This document shows positions 9,576 to 19,814 of a DNA stretch of 64,000 nt, in pieces. The notes below the pieces were generated by a model. The model had not been told where the DNA came from, ran no database searches, and was given only the letters and a program-made list of their open reading frames with translations. The stretch is from Chloroflexia bacterium. GTDB lineage: Bacteria; Chloroflexota; Chloroflexia; QHBQ01; JADMIH01. The DNA is taken from NCBI GenBank assembly GCA_034437815.1, contig DAOTTC010000006.1, positions 1,616-65,615 of the forward strand, written 5' to 3'. Position 1 is the first letter of the stretch, and every line of letters starts with the position of its first letter. A program made the translations under genes and the position numbers.

Positions 9576-11603
9576 ATGTGGAGGCATCTGTTGCGATTAC
9601 CTTTCAATAAGAAGCGTCCCTCCGGATCGGAGAATCGTAGTTTCATCGCCCGAATGCTGGCAAGCCCGAGACACCGGCTGGCCGGCCTTTGTGTACTGCT
9701 ATTGGCGCTGATCGTGGTTGCATTCGGGGTGCCGTCTCGCACATCGAGCACGGAGTACATCCCCATCTCACAAGTGGTAGCGGATGTACGTGGGGGCCAC
9801 GTGGCCCGATTAGTGGTCATCAACGAAAGCAATGAGGTAGAGGTTCACTACAAACATGGCGACCCGGCGATTCGGCGTGCGTACAAAGAAGGGACCATAA
9901 GCTTGCAGGAGACACTCATTCAAGGGGGTGTGGATCGGTTGGAACTGCCTGAGATCGCGGTTCGCCAGCCCGACTACAACTGGGACCGTGCCCTGAGCTT
10001 TCTCCTGCCGGGCGCTCTGCTTGCGGGGGTGTTGGTATATACCCTCAAGCAGAGCGCCCGTCAGAACGCGGCATTTGGCAAATCCAGAGCCAAGCTGTTG
10101 CAGGAGGCCAACACAGGCGTGACCTTCAACGACGTGGCGGGCATAGACGAGGCGCGCACCGAGCTGGCCGAACTGGTGGAGTTTCTAAAGGACCCCGCGC
10201 GCTTTGGGACGCTGGGAGCACGTATACCCAAGGGCGTGCTGATGGTTGGGCCGCCCGGCACGGGCAAGACGCTGGTGTCCAGAGCCATTGCCGGTGAGGC
10301 CGGGGTGCCGTTCTTTTCGGTTTCAGGCTCGGAGTTCGTGGAGATGTACGTAGGAGTGGGTGCAAGCCGGGTGCGCGACTTGTTCGCGCAGGCCAGACAG
10401 CACGCCCCCTGCCTCGTGTTCATTGATGAAATCGACGCCCTTGGCCGCAGCCGCGCATCTGGCGGTACCACCGGTGCCCATGAAGAGCGCGAGCAGACCC
10501 TCAACCAACTTTTGGTGGAGATGGACGGGTTTGAGGCCAGCTCTGGCATCATCGTCATCGGGGCCACCAATCGCCCGGACGTACTCGACCCCGCTTTGCT
10601 CAGGCCCGGGCGCTTCGACCGGCAGGTGGTGCTGGACAGGCCTGATATCAAGGGCCGCACGGCTATCTTGCAGGTACATGCGCGCGGCAAACCCCTCGCG
10701 GCGGATGTGGCGCTGGACACTATAGCCAAGATGACACCCGGCTTCTCAGGTGCGGAGCTTGCCAACGTGATCAACGAAGCGGCCATTCTGGCGGTGCGGC
10801 AGGGCCGCAAACTGATCACCATGCAGGATATGGAAGAAGCCATCGACAGGGTGGTCGCAGGCCCGGCACGCAAATCCCGCATCATATCCGAGCATGAGCG
10901 CGCCGTCACTGCCTATCATGAAGTGGGGCATGCAATCGTGGCTCGCATGCTGCCCCATGTCGATCAGGTGCACAAGATCACTATAGTATCAAGGGGCATG
11001 GCCGGTGGCTACACCCGCGTGTTGCCCGCCGAAGATCGCATGATGTACAGCAAACAGCAGTTCAAGGAAATGATGGCCTTTATGCTGGGCGGCAGGGCCG
11101 CCGAGGAGATTGTGTTCCGCGACGTGACTACTGGCGCCAGTAACGATTTGGAGCGCGTCACCGATCTGGCCCGTCAGATGGTCATGCGCTACGGTATGAG
11201 TAGCAAGCTCGGTCTGGTGTCCCTCGGCAAGCGCTCCGGCACAGAGTTCCTCGGCAGTCGCAGCGATGCTGAAGTGAACTACTCGGAGGATGTGGCACGC
11301 CAGATAGATTCCGAGGTGCGCGAACTTGTGGACGAAGCCTACCGGCTGGCGAAAGACATCCTGCTCGCTCAGATGGACCGATTGGTGAACATCAGCGAGA
11401 CACTTATCGAGAGAGAGACCCTTAACGCCGAGGAGTTCGAAGCCTTCTTCGAGGGCCTGCCACGCCCGGAGCGCAAACCGCACCGCCCATCACTGCCACT
11501 CCAAAAATCCGGATTGAACACGCCGAACCTAGTGCGAGCCTCTGCACCCGCCGCCAATCCGGGGCCTGCTGCCACGGTGCGCCGAGGTGACCATTCCCCC
11601 TGA
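9576..11603 (+). CDS. ftsH: ATP-dependent zinc metalloprotease FtsH
   Basis: Walker [13 protein letters not shown] region, and HEVGHAI zinc site. An alternative start is possible at 9654. Confidence 0.92.
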   Translation: MWRHLLRLPFNKKRPSGSENRSFIARMLASPRHRLAGLCVLLLALIVVAFGVPSRTSSTEYIPISQVVADVRGGHVARLVVINESNEVEVHYKHGDPAIRRAYKEGTISLQETLIQGGVDRLELPEIAVRQPDYNWDRALSFLLPGALLAGVLVYTLKQSARQNAAFGKSRAKLLQEANTGVTFNDVAGIDEARTELAELVEFLKDPARFGTLGARIPKGVLMVGPPGTGKTLVSRAIAGEAGVPFFSVSGSEFVEMYVGVGASRVRDLFAQARQHAPCLVFIDEIDALGRSRASGGTTGAHEEREQTLNQLLVEMDGFEASSGIIVIGATNRPDVLDPALLRPGRFDRQVVLDRPDIKGRTAILQVHARGKPLAADVALDTIAKMTPGFSGAELANVINEAAILAVRQGRKLITMQDMEEAIDRVVAGPARKSRIISEHERAVTAYHEVGHAIVARMLPHVDQVHKITIVSRGMAGGYTRVLPAEDRMMYSKQQFKEMMAFMLGGRAAEEIVFRDVTTGASNDLERVTDLARQMVMRYGMSSKLGLVSLGKRSGTEFLGSRSDAEVNYSEDVARQIDSEVRELVDEAYRLAKDILLAQMDRLVNISETLIERETLNAEEFEAFFEGLPRPERKPHRPSLPLQKSGLNTPNLVRASAPAANPGPAATVRRGDHSP

Positions 11604-11719
11604 CCCATCAAGACCGGTTCATATCCTTCGGTGGCACACTATCTGCTACAAATAACAATGGCGATTGCATCCCATGCCGATGGCGCCAAATGTCACGTCG
11701 CCCATACGCCCATATATAC

Positions 11720-11737
11720 CAATACATACATGTATTG
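11720..11737. promoter_or_regulatory. Perfect 8-bp inverted repeat (CAATACAT-ac-ATGTATTG), candidate operator upstream of the zinc-finger gene
   Basis: Read directly. It lies in an AT-rich patch ~95 nt upstream of ATG 11833. Confidence 0.3.
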
Positions 11738-11832
11738 AATATGCTGCAAAGTAGACAACAGGGTGACGAAGCGGTGCCTGAGTCGTGATTTTCGTGGCCC
11801 GTTCATGGGCACGAAGGAGGGAGGCAGATACT

Positions 11833-12048
11833 ATGGCTACCGAGACCAATATAGACACTGGAATGACCACCCCGCACTACACCTGTGATGTGTGCGGCCT
11901 GACGTTCGGCTCGGAAGAGGGGTTGCGAGAGCACAAGGTTAGCCACGCTGGCATGTCGGCCACCGCTCAGCACACTTGCAATATCTGCGGTGAGCGGTTC
12001 GACTCTGAAGGCGAGCTGCGTGCCCACAAGCGCGAGCACGGCAGGTAG
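11833..12048 (+). CDS. Small protein with two C2H2-type zinc fingers
   Basis: AAGGAGGGAGG RBS. The fingers are YTCDVCGLTFGSEEGLREHKVSH and HTCNICGERFDSEGELRAHKREH (C-x2-C-x12-H-x3-H, twice). Confidence 0.6.
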   Translation: MATETNIDTGMTTPHYTCDVCGLTFGSEEGLREHKVSHAGMSATAQHTCNICGERFDSEGELRAHKREHGR

Positions 12049-12508
12049 AGGTATACCATACCAACCACGGCCCTCTCGCCCTCTCGCATCAAGAGGTCAT
12101 ATTGTGGGCCTTTCCGCTTCTGCTCCCGCCGAGCGTCACTCAATTCCAGACTCTGGGGCAGGCGCTGTCCAACTTCGCCTGCCCCTTTTGCATGCGCACA
12201 CGCCACCTACGTCTCTCCAATTCTCATCTAACTTTAATTTTTCTCTAAACCTCTTTTAAGGTTCGTTCCGCATAATGAAGACATCGCAGGAGCGCACGTA
12301 ACCAGTGAGGGCACTGGTAATATGAATAAAAACAGGGAATGGGACCTAGCCGCGGTCGTCGTGAAGTGCGCTCCTGCCGATCAGCCAATTACCGGCCTCT
12401 CCGGCCCGATGGGGCAGACACTGGCCCCACGCCGATAGCCGTGAGGTTATCAGGCGGCGATCGTATAAGGCATTGGGACATGCTGCACCCGGCGAGGCCC
12501 TCCAATCA

Positions 12509-12560
12509 GGAGCCATGGGGGCTACCTTCACACCAAACACCGTTCAGCCCCCATAGCTCC
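12509..12560 (+). other. 14-bp-stem hairpin in the htrA leader
   Basis: ggagccatgggggc (12509-12522) pairs with gcccccatagctcc (12547-12560) with one mismatch and a 24-nt loop. Confidence 0.35.
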
Positions 12561-12567
12561 CACCATT

Positions 12568-13857
12568 TTGCGGAAACGGCAAGCGCACGAAGAAATACGC
12601 ATGTTCCGAGCGAAAGCGCTACATGAAGAGTTGGAGCGTTTACCGAGCATGAGCAACTATCTGAGAGCAGTCGCAGCCGGGCTGCTGGTGGTCGTGCTGA
12701 TCACCCTTGGGGGTCTGGGGATGATGGGGGCCACAAAGCACGGTTGGGGGCTACCCACATTGAACCAGAGTGCCTCCACCACGCCATCCGGGGTGCGTGT
12801 AGAGCAGGCGGTTGACCGTAACACCGACACCAATGGCAGCTCACCGGCGGGCACAACCACAGTCGGCCAACAACCGGCCCAGACCCAACAGCAGGCAGGC
12901 GTGATTGACGCCCGCACAGCCGTCAGGCGAGTGGGTGCGGCGGTTGTCACGGTGGTGAACACTCTAGAGAGCGGCACACGCTTCTCTGGCTCACCAGCAC
13001 AGCAGCCCACGGCACGCGGGTCAGGGGTGATCATTGACAGCCGGGGGTACATCGTGACCAACTACCACGTCATAGAGGGCCAGAGGGGCCTTGAGGTGAT
13101 ATTCTCGGACGGCACCAAAGCACCGGCCACCCTCAAGGGCACCGACCCATTCACCGATCTGGCAGTCATCAAGGTTGATGTGCCGGTGCCCGCAGTGGCT
13201 ACATGGGGTGACAGCGACAGGCTCGAACCGGGCCAGCCGGTGGTAGCCATCGGATCGGCGCTGGGCGACTTCCGCAACACCGTCACCGCCGGCGTAGTCA
13301 GCGCGCTGGGCCGCGACCTCGAAGATGCCAACACCCCGGCCCTGCGCAACCTGATCCAGACTGACGCGGCCATCAACAGCGGTAATTCGGGTGGCCCTTT
13401 GGTTGACCTCAACGGCAACGTCATAGGCATCAACGTGGCGGTGGTGAGGGGAGCTGGCCTGAACATCGCCGAAGGTCTGGGCTTCGCCATACCAAGCAAT
13501 ACGGCGCGCGAGGTCGCCAACCAGATAATCAACACAGGCGCTGTGCGTCGCCCGTACATCGGCATCTCATACCAGAACATCACACCTCAGATCGCGGCCT
13601 ATTATGGATTGGCACGCAATCAGGGCGTATTGGTCGGCGAAGTGCAGGCGGGCAGCCCTGCCGACAAGGCAGGGATCCGTCCCGGCACCATCATAACCAA
13701 GTTCGACGGCCAAGCACTGGATGAGAAAACATCCCTGCTGGAACTGCTGATGCAGCGTCAGATAGGCGACAGCGTCAAGCTCACCGTGCTGTTGCCCGAT
13801 GCCCAGAGCGAGACCGAAGTCACCATCGTGCTGGGTAGCAGGCCGCCCGATCGGTAA
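12568..13857 (+). CDS. htrA: HtrA/DegP-family serine protease with PDZ domain (start uncertain: 12568, 12601 or 12649)
   Basis: TM anchor, trypsin-like core with GNSGGPL, and a C-terminal PDZ (GVLVGEVQAGSPADKAGIRPGTIITKFDG). Confidence 0.88.
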   Translation: MRKRQAHEEIRMFRAKALHEELERLPSMSNYLRAVAAGLLVVVLITLGGLGMMGATKHGWGLPTLNQSASTTPSGVRVEQAVDRNTDTNGSSPAGTTTVGQQPAQTQQQAGVIDARTAVRRVGAAVVTVVNTLESGTRFSGSPAQQPTARGSGVIIDSRGYIVTNYHVIEGQRGLEVIFSDGTKAPATLKGTDPFTDLAVIKVDVPVPAVATWGDSDRLEPGQPVVAIGSALGDFRNTVTAGVVSALGRDLEDANTPALRNLIQTDAAINSGNSGGPLVDLNGNVIGINVAVVRGAGLNIAEGLGFAIPSNTAREVANQIINTGAVRRPYIGISYQNITPQIAAYYGLARNQGVLVGEVQAGSPADKAGIRPGTIITKFDGQALDEKTSLLELLMQRQIGDSVKLTVLLPDAQSETEVTIVLGSRPPDR

Positions 13858-13940
13858 GCCACGCCTGCACGCAGGCCCATGCAGAGCCGGGCACGACCCA
13901 CACATCAAAACTTGCTAACTTTCCTTCCTCCCTCCTCGAG

Positions 13941-13972
13941 CAACAAGCCCCGTCGAATGGCGGGGCTTGTTG
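13941..13972. terminator. Hairpin between convergent htrA and mltG (possible bidirectional terminator)
   Basis: caacaagccccg tcgaatgg cggggcttgttg gives a 12-bp perfect stem. Confidence 0.45.
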
Positions 13973-14036
13973 TGTGGGCGAGCGCATTCGCATTACTGTG
14001 CGGGTGGCCGCTCAACTTTATAGCGACGAGCATGCG

Positions 14037-15122
14037 TCAACGGTTTCCGTAGATCACGCGGTTGCGCTCGTGTTCTTCCAGCGTCTCGGCGAAGGCGTGC
14101 GCTCCGGTGCCGTCGTTCTTTGCTACGAAGTACAGGTAGTTTGTATCCGATGGATAGACAGCGGCCCTGATAGCGTCTAGCCCCGGACTACAGATAGGTC
14201 CGGGTGGTAGGCCGGGGAACTTGTAGGTGTTATAGGGGTGGTCTACATCACGGGGCAACACGCCGAGTTGGTCCAAGTTAGGCCACCAGTTGGGCGTTCT
14301 GCCCAGTGCATACTGGGTGGTGGGGTCGGCATCCAGAGGCATGCCGGCGTCCACACGGTTCCAGAAGACCGAAGCTATATCCGGCAGCTCTTCCTTGACC
14401 ACGCCTTCGCGCTGTACTATGGAGGCCACGGTCAACACCTGATGTATGGTGCGGCCCTTCTCTGCCACGGCTTGCCGCATCTCCGGGGTAAACTTCTCCT
14501 CCATAGTGCGAAGCATAATGCGTATCACCGCTTCGGAGTTGTCCCCGTCCGATTGCTTGATCTCATAGGTGTCGGGGAAAAGGTAGCCTTCCAGCCCCTG
14601 ATCGGCGGGGCGGCCTGAGCTGGCGAGGAAATCGCTTTGGAACTTGGCCGCGCCTTCAGGCGTACCGGCCATTTGCATAAATATGGTGCTGCTGATGATG
14701 CCTTCGGACGACAATTTCTCCGCTATCTGTTCAAGGCGCATGCCTTCTATGACTGTGAAGCGGATTCCGACCTCGGCGGGCGGTGTGCTGAGGGTATCTA
14801 TCAATTGGTCTACGCTCATGCCGGGGGTCAACTGGAACCGGCCCGCCTTGGGCAATTTATCGGGTCCGGCCCCCTTCAGTTTGAGGATGAACCACTGCTT
14901 GCTGATGCCATCGAGCAGGCCGGCCTGCTCCAAATTGTCCGCTATCGTGCCCACGTCTTGGCCGGGTTGTACTGTAAACATCACCGGCTGTCCGGTGGAG
15001 TCGGCCTGCGGCTGGGGCAGGGCCTGAGACACGCCCAGATATATGAACACACCAGCCGCGATCACAGCCCCCACCATACCAAGGCTGATCACGACCCTGA
15101 TGACGTTAGTTATAACTGACAC
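14037..15122 (-). CDS. mltG: Endolytic murein transglycosylase MltG (YceG-like)
   Basis: GTG start after AAGGAGG. N-terminal TM, and YceG-type core (...LTVASIVQREG...NTYKFPGLPPGPICSPG). Confidence 0.85.
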   Translation of the reverse strand: MSVITNVIRVVISLGMVGAVIAAGVFIYLGVSQALPQPQADSTGQPVMFTVQPGQDVGTIADNLEQAGLLDGISKQWFILKLKGAGPDKLPKAGRFQLTPGMSVDQLIDTLSTPPAEVGIRFTVIEGMRLEQIAEKLSSEGIISSTIFMQMAGTPEGAAKFQSDFLASSGRPADQGLEGYLFPDTYEIKQSDGDNSEAVIRIMLRTMEEKFTPEMRQAVAEKGRTIHQVLTVASIVQREGVVKEELPDIASVFWNRVDAGMPLDADPTTQYALGRTPNWWPNLDQLGVLPRDVDHPYNTYKFPGLPPGPICSPGLDAIRAAVYPSDTNYLYFVAKNDGTGAHAFAETLEEHERNRVIYGNR

Positions 15123-15222
15123 GTTCGGACCTCCTTATGCAAAACCAATTGCCATTGTAGCAAAACCCTTCGAACATCAGCAAGGAACAAATGACAGGGT
15201 TCCACCGATAATGTGGGTGAAC

Positions 15223-15428
15223 AGGGGCTGAACCAACCCCTGTCCGAGGTGGAGGGGTACTCCCCCTGCCCGCGGGTACTCCTTGGGTGCGGGGGTATAG
15301 GGGTATAAATGTCCCCCAGTCCCCCGCTTGTCTTCTCCCCACAGCGGGGTGCGGGGAGCGCCCCTGACAGGGGTATGGGGGTGTCCCCAGTTTCCCACCT
15401 CTCTCCCCACAATCTATAGCCTTCCTAT
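15223..15428 (-). repeat. Dispersed intergenic repeat, copy 2 (modules A+B+partial C, inverted)
   Basis: The reverse complement reads aggctatagattgtggggagagagg...tgtggggagaagacaagcgggggactgggggacatttataccc...ccccgcacccaaggagtacccgcgggcaggggg. This is collinear with 50895-51110. Confidence 0.75.
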
Positions 15429-15463
15429 GGGGAATTGGTATAAGACGGTAAGCAGGTATAATT

Positions 15464-16393
15464 ATGCTGCATATGTCCGACCACTCAATGCCCCAGCTAA
15501 TCGCAATCGTAGGCCCCACAGCCGTGGGCAAGAGCGCCCTCGCCATTCGATTGGCCGAAGCGGTGGGCGGAGAAATAGTCAGCGCCGACTCGCGTCAAGT
15601 ATACCGGCTGATGGATATCGGCACCGACAAGCCGCCGCCTGAGGTGCGCAGAAGGGTGCCGCACCACATGATTGACCTCGTGTGGCCCGACGAACCGTTC
15701 ACCCTCGCCCAGTATCAGGAAGGGGCGTACACCGCTATAGAAGACATCCACAGGCGCGGCCGGGTTCCTATACTGGCGGGGGGCACCCCTCTGTATATCA
15801 ACGCCGTGCTCGAAGGCTGGACCATCCCGCGCGTCGCGCCCAACCCCGACCTGCGGCGCAGGCTAGAGCAAGAAGCCGCGGAGCTGGGCCCGAGGAGCTT
15901 GTTCGAGCGATTGAGAGAGCTTGACCCCCGCGCCGCGGAGCGAATCCTGCCGACCAACACTCGCAGGATCGTGCGTGCCCTCGAAGTGATTTACAGCACC
16001 GGGCGGCCCATCAGTGAGCAACAGGGCAAGCGCCCCCCACCCTACCATGTGTTGGTGATCGGCCTGACGTGCGACAGAGATATCCTCTACCGGCGGATAG
16101 ACGCACGTGTGGACGACCAGATAAGGCGTGGGCTGATTGACGAGGTAGCCGGGCTGCTGGCCCGCGGCTATTCCGAGCATCTGCCTTCCATGACCGGGTT
16201 GGGTTACCGCCAGATCGTGGATTACCTGAAGGGCAGGGCTACCCTTGAAGAAGCGGTGCAGAGGCTGAAGTGGGATACTCACAACTTCGCCCGCCATCAG
16301 GGCAACTGGTTTCGCCGCATGCAGAACGTGCACTGGATAGACACCACCCAAAATGACCCCACCGAAGAGGCACTACGGCTCATCAGGGGTTGA
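15464..16393 (+). CDS. miaA: tRNA dimethylallyltransferase
   Basis: P-loop IVGPTAVGKSALAI, DSRQVYRLMDIGTDKP, and typical MiaA length. Confidence 0.9.
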   Translation: MLHMSDHSMPQLIAIVGPTAVGKSALAIRLAEAVGGEIVSADSRQVYRLMDIGTDKPPPEVRRRVPHHMIDLVWPDEPFTLAQYQEGAYTAIEDIHRRGRVPILAGGTPLYINAVLEGWTIPRVAPNPDLRRRLEQEAAELGPRSLFERLRELDPRAAERILPTNTRRIVRALEVIYSTGRPISEQQGKRPPPYHVLVIGLTCDRDILYRRIDARVDDQIRRGLIDEVAGLLARGYSEHLPSMTGLGYRQIVDYLKGRATLEEAVQRLKWDTHNFARHQGNWFRRMQNVHWIDTTQNDPTEEALRLIRG

Positions 16394-16544
16394 CAGGGGA
16401 GGCGCTCTGCCAATCATCTTGGCGGCCAAATCTTCGCGCCCCCGTGTGCGTACTTTTGGCCTATGCAGTGCCATGTTGTATAATTTGGAGGGGCACCTGA
16501 TATGATGGGGCACATAGCACCCTTGAGAGGAGCATGGAGGCGCA

Positions 16545-17708
16545 ATGCGATTTGCAAGCCGAGTGGATAAGTTGCCGCCATACGTATTCGCCGGGATGCG
16601 TAAGCAGCTAACCGATATGGAAGCCGCGGGCATACAGGTCATCAACTTCACCATGGGGGACCCCGACATACCCACGCCCGATTACCTGTGCGATGAATTG
16701 TGCGCGGCAGCGAGACGGCCTGAAAACTCACGATATCCCGATTACTTCGGCAAACCCGCCCTGCGTCAGGCCATCGCCGACTGGTACGGCGAACGATTCG
16801 GCGTGCAACTCGACCCGGACCGTGAGGTGCTCGCCCTTATAGGGTCCAAAGAGGGCATCGCCAATGTATCGCTGGCCTTCGTGGACCCCGGCGAGACTGC
16901 GCTCGTGCCCGACCCGGCCTATCCCGTGTACAAATTCGGCACGATCATGGCCGACGGCGTTGTGTGCCCCGTGCCCATGACCGAGGAGAGCGGTTGGCTA
17001 CCCGACCTCGAATCGGTTGACATGTCGCTGGCTACCGAAGCCAACGTCCTGTGGCTCAACTACCCCAACAACCCGACCGGGGCAGTGGCCGATCTGGATT
17101 TCTTCGAGAGGGTGATACACTGGGCAAAGCGTAACGAGGTGATAGTGGCGCACGATAACCCTTACAGCGACGTGACCTACGATGGTTACGTGGCGCCATC
17201 TATATTGCAGGTGCCCGGAGCGAAAGATATAGCCATCGAGTTCAACTCGCTCAGCAAGACCTTTTCCATGGCCGGCTACCGCATAGGCATGGCCGTGGGT
17301 AACGCCGAGGTCATATCGGTGTTGGGACGCATCAAGACCAACATAGATTCCGGCGTGTTCGGGGCGGTGCAAGACGTGGCTGTGAAGGCGCTCACCGGCG
17401 ATAAGTCATGGATACCTGAGCGCAACGAGATATACAGGCGCAGGCGCGACAAGCTGTGTGAGGCGTTGCGCCACGTAGGGTTGAGAGTACAGGAGCCAAA
17501 AGCGGGGCTGTACATATGGGGGCGGGTGCCCGAAGGGTTCACATCACGCCGGTTCGCGGAACTGATGTTGGAGAAAGTTGCCATCGCCGTCACCCCCGGC
17601 ACGGCTTACGGAGCGCAGGGCGAAGGCTACGTGCGCCTGTCGTTGACCGTGCCGGACGATCAGGTGGATCAGGCGGTGGCAAGGCTGAAAAGGGGGGATC
17701 TGCTATAG
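16545..17708 (+). CDS. PLP-dependent class I/II aminotransferase (LL-diaminopimelate/aspartate aminotransferase-like)
   Basis: KLPPYVFA..., NPNNPTG, and [14 protein letters not shown] (PLP lysine). Confidence 0.8.
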   Translation: MRFASRVDKLPPYVFAGMRKQLTDMEAAGIQVINFTMGDPDIPTPDYLCDELCAAARRPENSRYPDYFGKPALRQAIADWYGERFGVQLDPDREVLALIGSKEGIANVSLAFVDPGETALVPDPAYPVYKFGTIMADGVVCPVPMTEESGWLPDLESVDMSLATEANVLWLNYPNNPTGAVADLDFFERVIHWAKRNEVIVAHDNPYSDVTYDGYVAPSILQVPGAKDIAIEFNSLSKTFSMAGYRIGMAVGNAEVISVLGRIKTNIDSGVFGAVQDVAVKALTGDKSWIPERNEIYRRRRDKLCEALRHVGLRVQEPKAGLYIWGRVPEGFTSRRFAELMLEKVAIAVTPGTAYGAQGEGYVRLSLTVPDDQVDQAVARLKRGDLL

Positions 17709-17737
17709 CACATAAGCTTTTCGAGACGAAGAGGCCC

Positions 17738-19042
17738 GTGGAGAGGGCGCTGCTGGTCGGCGTAGAACTTGGGCACGAGCTGTTTGACGTGCAAGACTCG
17801 CTTGACGAGCTTGAGCAACTGGCGGCTACCGCGGGCGTGGACGTAGTCGGACGAACCTATCAGAAGATGCAAGAGGCCAGTCCCGCTACGCTGGTGGGCA
17901 AGGGCAAGGTGCAGGAGATTCGCGACCTCAAAGACCGATTGCAAGCCGATCTGGTGATCTTTGACGAGGAATTGACGCCCACGCAATTGCGCAACCTCGA
18001 AGAGGCCTTGAACACCAAGATACTGGACCGCACGGGCCTTATCCTCGACATATTCGCGCGCCATGCGCAAACGCGTGAAGGGCGGCTTCAGGTGGAACTG
18101 GCCCAACTTGAATACCGCCTGCCGCGCCTCACGAGGATGTGGACCCACCTGTCGAGGCAGGGGGTTGGCGGCGTCGGTCTGCGCGGTCCCGGCGAGACCC
18201 AGCTCGAAGTGGACCGCCGCCAGTCCAAGGAACGGATCACGCGGCTGCGCGATCAGTTGAGGGAAGTGCATGCACACCGCGAGCTGTACAGACAGAAGCG
18301 GCGTCGCGAGGGCATACCAGTGGTCGCGTTGGTAGGCTACACTAACGCAGGCAAGTCCACATTGCTCAACGCGCTGTCCAACGCCCACGTATACGCAGCC
18401 AATGTGTTGTTCGCCACACTCGACCCCACCACCCGGCGCATCCAAATGCCCGAAGGACAGGAAGTGCTGTTGACCGATACTGTGGGCTTCATCCAGCGCC
18501 TGCCGACCCAGTTGGTGGCGGCCTTCCGAGCCACGCTTGAAGAGATACAGGACGCTGACATCATCTTGCATGTGCTGGACATCACCCACCCCAATGCCGA
18601 AGAGCAGGCGCAGACCGTAGATAAGGCCCTTGAGGAGCTTGGCGTGGCCGACAGGCCGCGCATAGTGGCCCTCAACAAGATAGACCGCCTGTTTCCTTCG
18701 GGTCGGGTGGAAGCCGATGACAATGGCACACACGGCTCCGAACCCAATGTGCAGAGTATCAGTCAGCACATCGCGGAGGAGATGGGCCTCGGCGCCGATT
18801 ACGTACCCGTATCCGCGATCAAGGGTTGGGGGCTGGACCTGCTGGTAAAACGCATACAGGACGTGCTCAGCGGCAACCTGACACCGGTGAAAGTGCTCAT
18901 ACCATATAATTCGAGCGATCTGGTGGCCCTGTTCCACGAGCGGGGGGTCATCGAGCACGAAGAGCACACCGAGCGCGGCACGTTGATACAGGGCCGGGTG
19001 CCGGCAAAGCTCTCGGGGTTGTACGGGAACTATTCCGTATGA
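17738..19042 (+). CDS. hflX: GTPase HflX (start uncertain; the ORF is open from 17516, but the first plausible start after the upstream stop is GTG 17738)
   Basis: ERALLVGV N-domain, G1 [23 protein letters not shown]. Confidence 0.85.
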   Translation: MERALLVGVELGHELFDVQDSLDELEQLAATAGVDVVGRTYQKMQEASPATLVGKGKVQEIRDLKDRLQADLVIFDEELTPTQLRNLEEALNTKILDRTGLILDIFARHAQTREGRLQVELAQLEYRLPRLTRMWTHLSRQGVGGVGLRGPGETQLEVDRRQSKERITRLRDQLREVHAHRELYRQKRRREGIPVVALVGYTNAGKSTLLNALSNAHVYAANVLFATLDPTTRRIQMPEGQEVLLTDTVGFIQRLPTQLVAAFRATLEEIQDADIILHVLDITHPNAEEQAQTVDKALEELGVADRPRIVALNKIDRLFPSGRVEADDNGTHGSEPNVQSISQHIAEEMGLGADYVPVSAIKGWGLDLLVKRIQDVLSGNLTPVKVLIPYNSSDLVALFHERGVIEHEEHTERGTLIQGRVPAKLSGLYGNYSV

Positions 19043-19053
19043 TTTAATATGGG

Positions 19054-19097
19054 ACAGGTGGCGACCCGCCCGGGCGGGTCGCCACCTGTTTTTTTTT
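19054..19097 (+). terminator. Rho-independent terminator of hflX
   Basis: acaggtggcgacccgc ccgg gcgggtcgccacctgt gives a 16-bp stem. It is followed by T9. Confidence 0.8.
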
Positions 19098-19152
19098 GCC
19101 TTGATCCCTGCCTTGTACCCACCTACTTCTGGCGTTGCCTCGCAGGTGGTGA

Positions 19153-19449
19153 TTATCTGGGTTCGATCACGGCCAGAATGTCACGCTCGCTCAGGATCAG
19201 CAGTTCACGGTCGTCTACCTTGAATTCCGTACCTGCGTACTTGGAGAACACCACGCGGTCGCCTACCTTGACCTCGAGCGGCGCTCGCTCACCGTTGTCC
19301 AGCAGCCTCCCCGGTCCTACCGCTATCACGTTGCCCTCTTGGGGCTTTTCTTTGGCGGTATCGGGCAGCACGATACCGCTGGGTGTGCGCTCTTCCCGCT
19401 CGATCGGTTCGACGACTACGCGATCACCTAAAGGTTTAAGGTTTGCCAT
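19153..19449 (-). CDS. groES: Co-chaperonin GroES (10 kDa)
   Basis: [59 protein letters not shown]. No groEL follows. Confidence 0.92.
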   Translation of the reverse strand: MANLKPLGDRVVVEPIEREERTPSGIVLPDTAKEKPQEGNVIAVGPGRLLDNGERAPLEVKVGDRVVFSKYAGTEFKVDDRELLILSERDILAVIEPR

Positions 19450-19504
19450 GGCAATCCCTCCTTTAGCAACTCTTTTTGAGAAGATTGTAATGCTCACTAT
19501 CCAT

Positions 19505-19590
19505 AAAAGCTATGAATTGAGAGGGGAGAGGTGGCGGATCGGGGATACCCCATACCCTATACCCCGGCGGGGGTGCCCCCGATTTGACGC
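19505..19590 (+). repeat. Dispersed intergenic repeat, copy 3 (module A-like)
   Basis: aaaagctatgaattgagaggggagaggtggcggatcggggataccccataccc matches aggctatagattgtggggagagaggtgggaaactggggacacccccataccc (copy 2). Confidence 0.6.
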
Positions 19591-19814
19591 AGTACCAGCC
19601 TATCATATATCATTGCAAAAGTCGAGTATATCCATAGGCCATCCGGTCATAAAGATTACACCCTCATGCGTGACAGCGTGGGCACAGAGGCGCATAGCCG
19701 CGTGCCCCTGCTCAGCGCCAGCGTTTTGTATGCAACAGGGGGAGGGGGTTTGAGGAGAGATTCGCTCTCCCCGGCCCTCTCCGGCTGTCAGGCTATAATC
19801 GTCAGGCAATAGAC

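Noticed and set aside
15106-15546. ORFs inside repeat copies giving similar peptides (GERWETGDTPIP..., also at 19049-19753 and 50813-51241)
   Set aside because: The peptide similarity just reflects DNA repeat similarity. The frames differ between copies, are interrupted, and carry no start or RBS context.
17516-17737. N-terminal 74-codon extension of hflX overlapping the aminotransferase gene
   Set aside because: The extension is Arg/Gly-rich, overlaps the conserved 3' end of the aminotransferase in another frame, and precedes the conserved HflX N-terminus. GTG 17738 is more plausible, although its RBS is weak.
17669-18967. 432-aa minus-strand ORF
   Set aside because: It is antisense to hflX and has no motifs, so it is a shadow ORF. 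The same reasoning applies to 10061-10909 (antisense ftsH), 40034-40855 and 40865-41434 (antisense thrS), 37739-38581 (antisense ABC ATPase), 36483-37304 (alternate frame of the permease), 23527-24309 (antisense recD2), 26865-27686 (antisense TPM gene) and 43845-44525.
19455-19500. CIRCE (HrcA) operator upstream of groES
   Set aside because: Only TTAGCAACTC resembles one half-site. The expected GAGTGCTAA 9 nt downstream is absent (AGATTGTAA).
19049-19753. 234-aa plus-strand ORF spanning the hflX terminator, groES and a repeat copy
   Set aside because: It runs through a strong terminator hairpin, is antisense to groES and includes repeat sequence. Its Ser/Arg-rich composition is junk.
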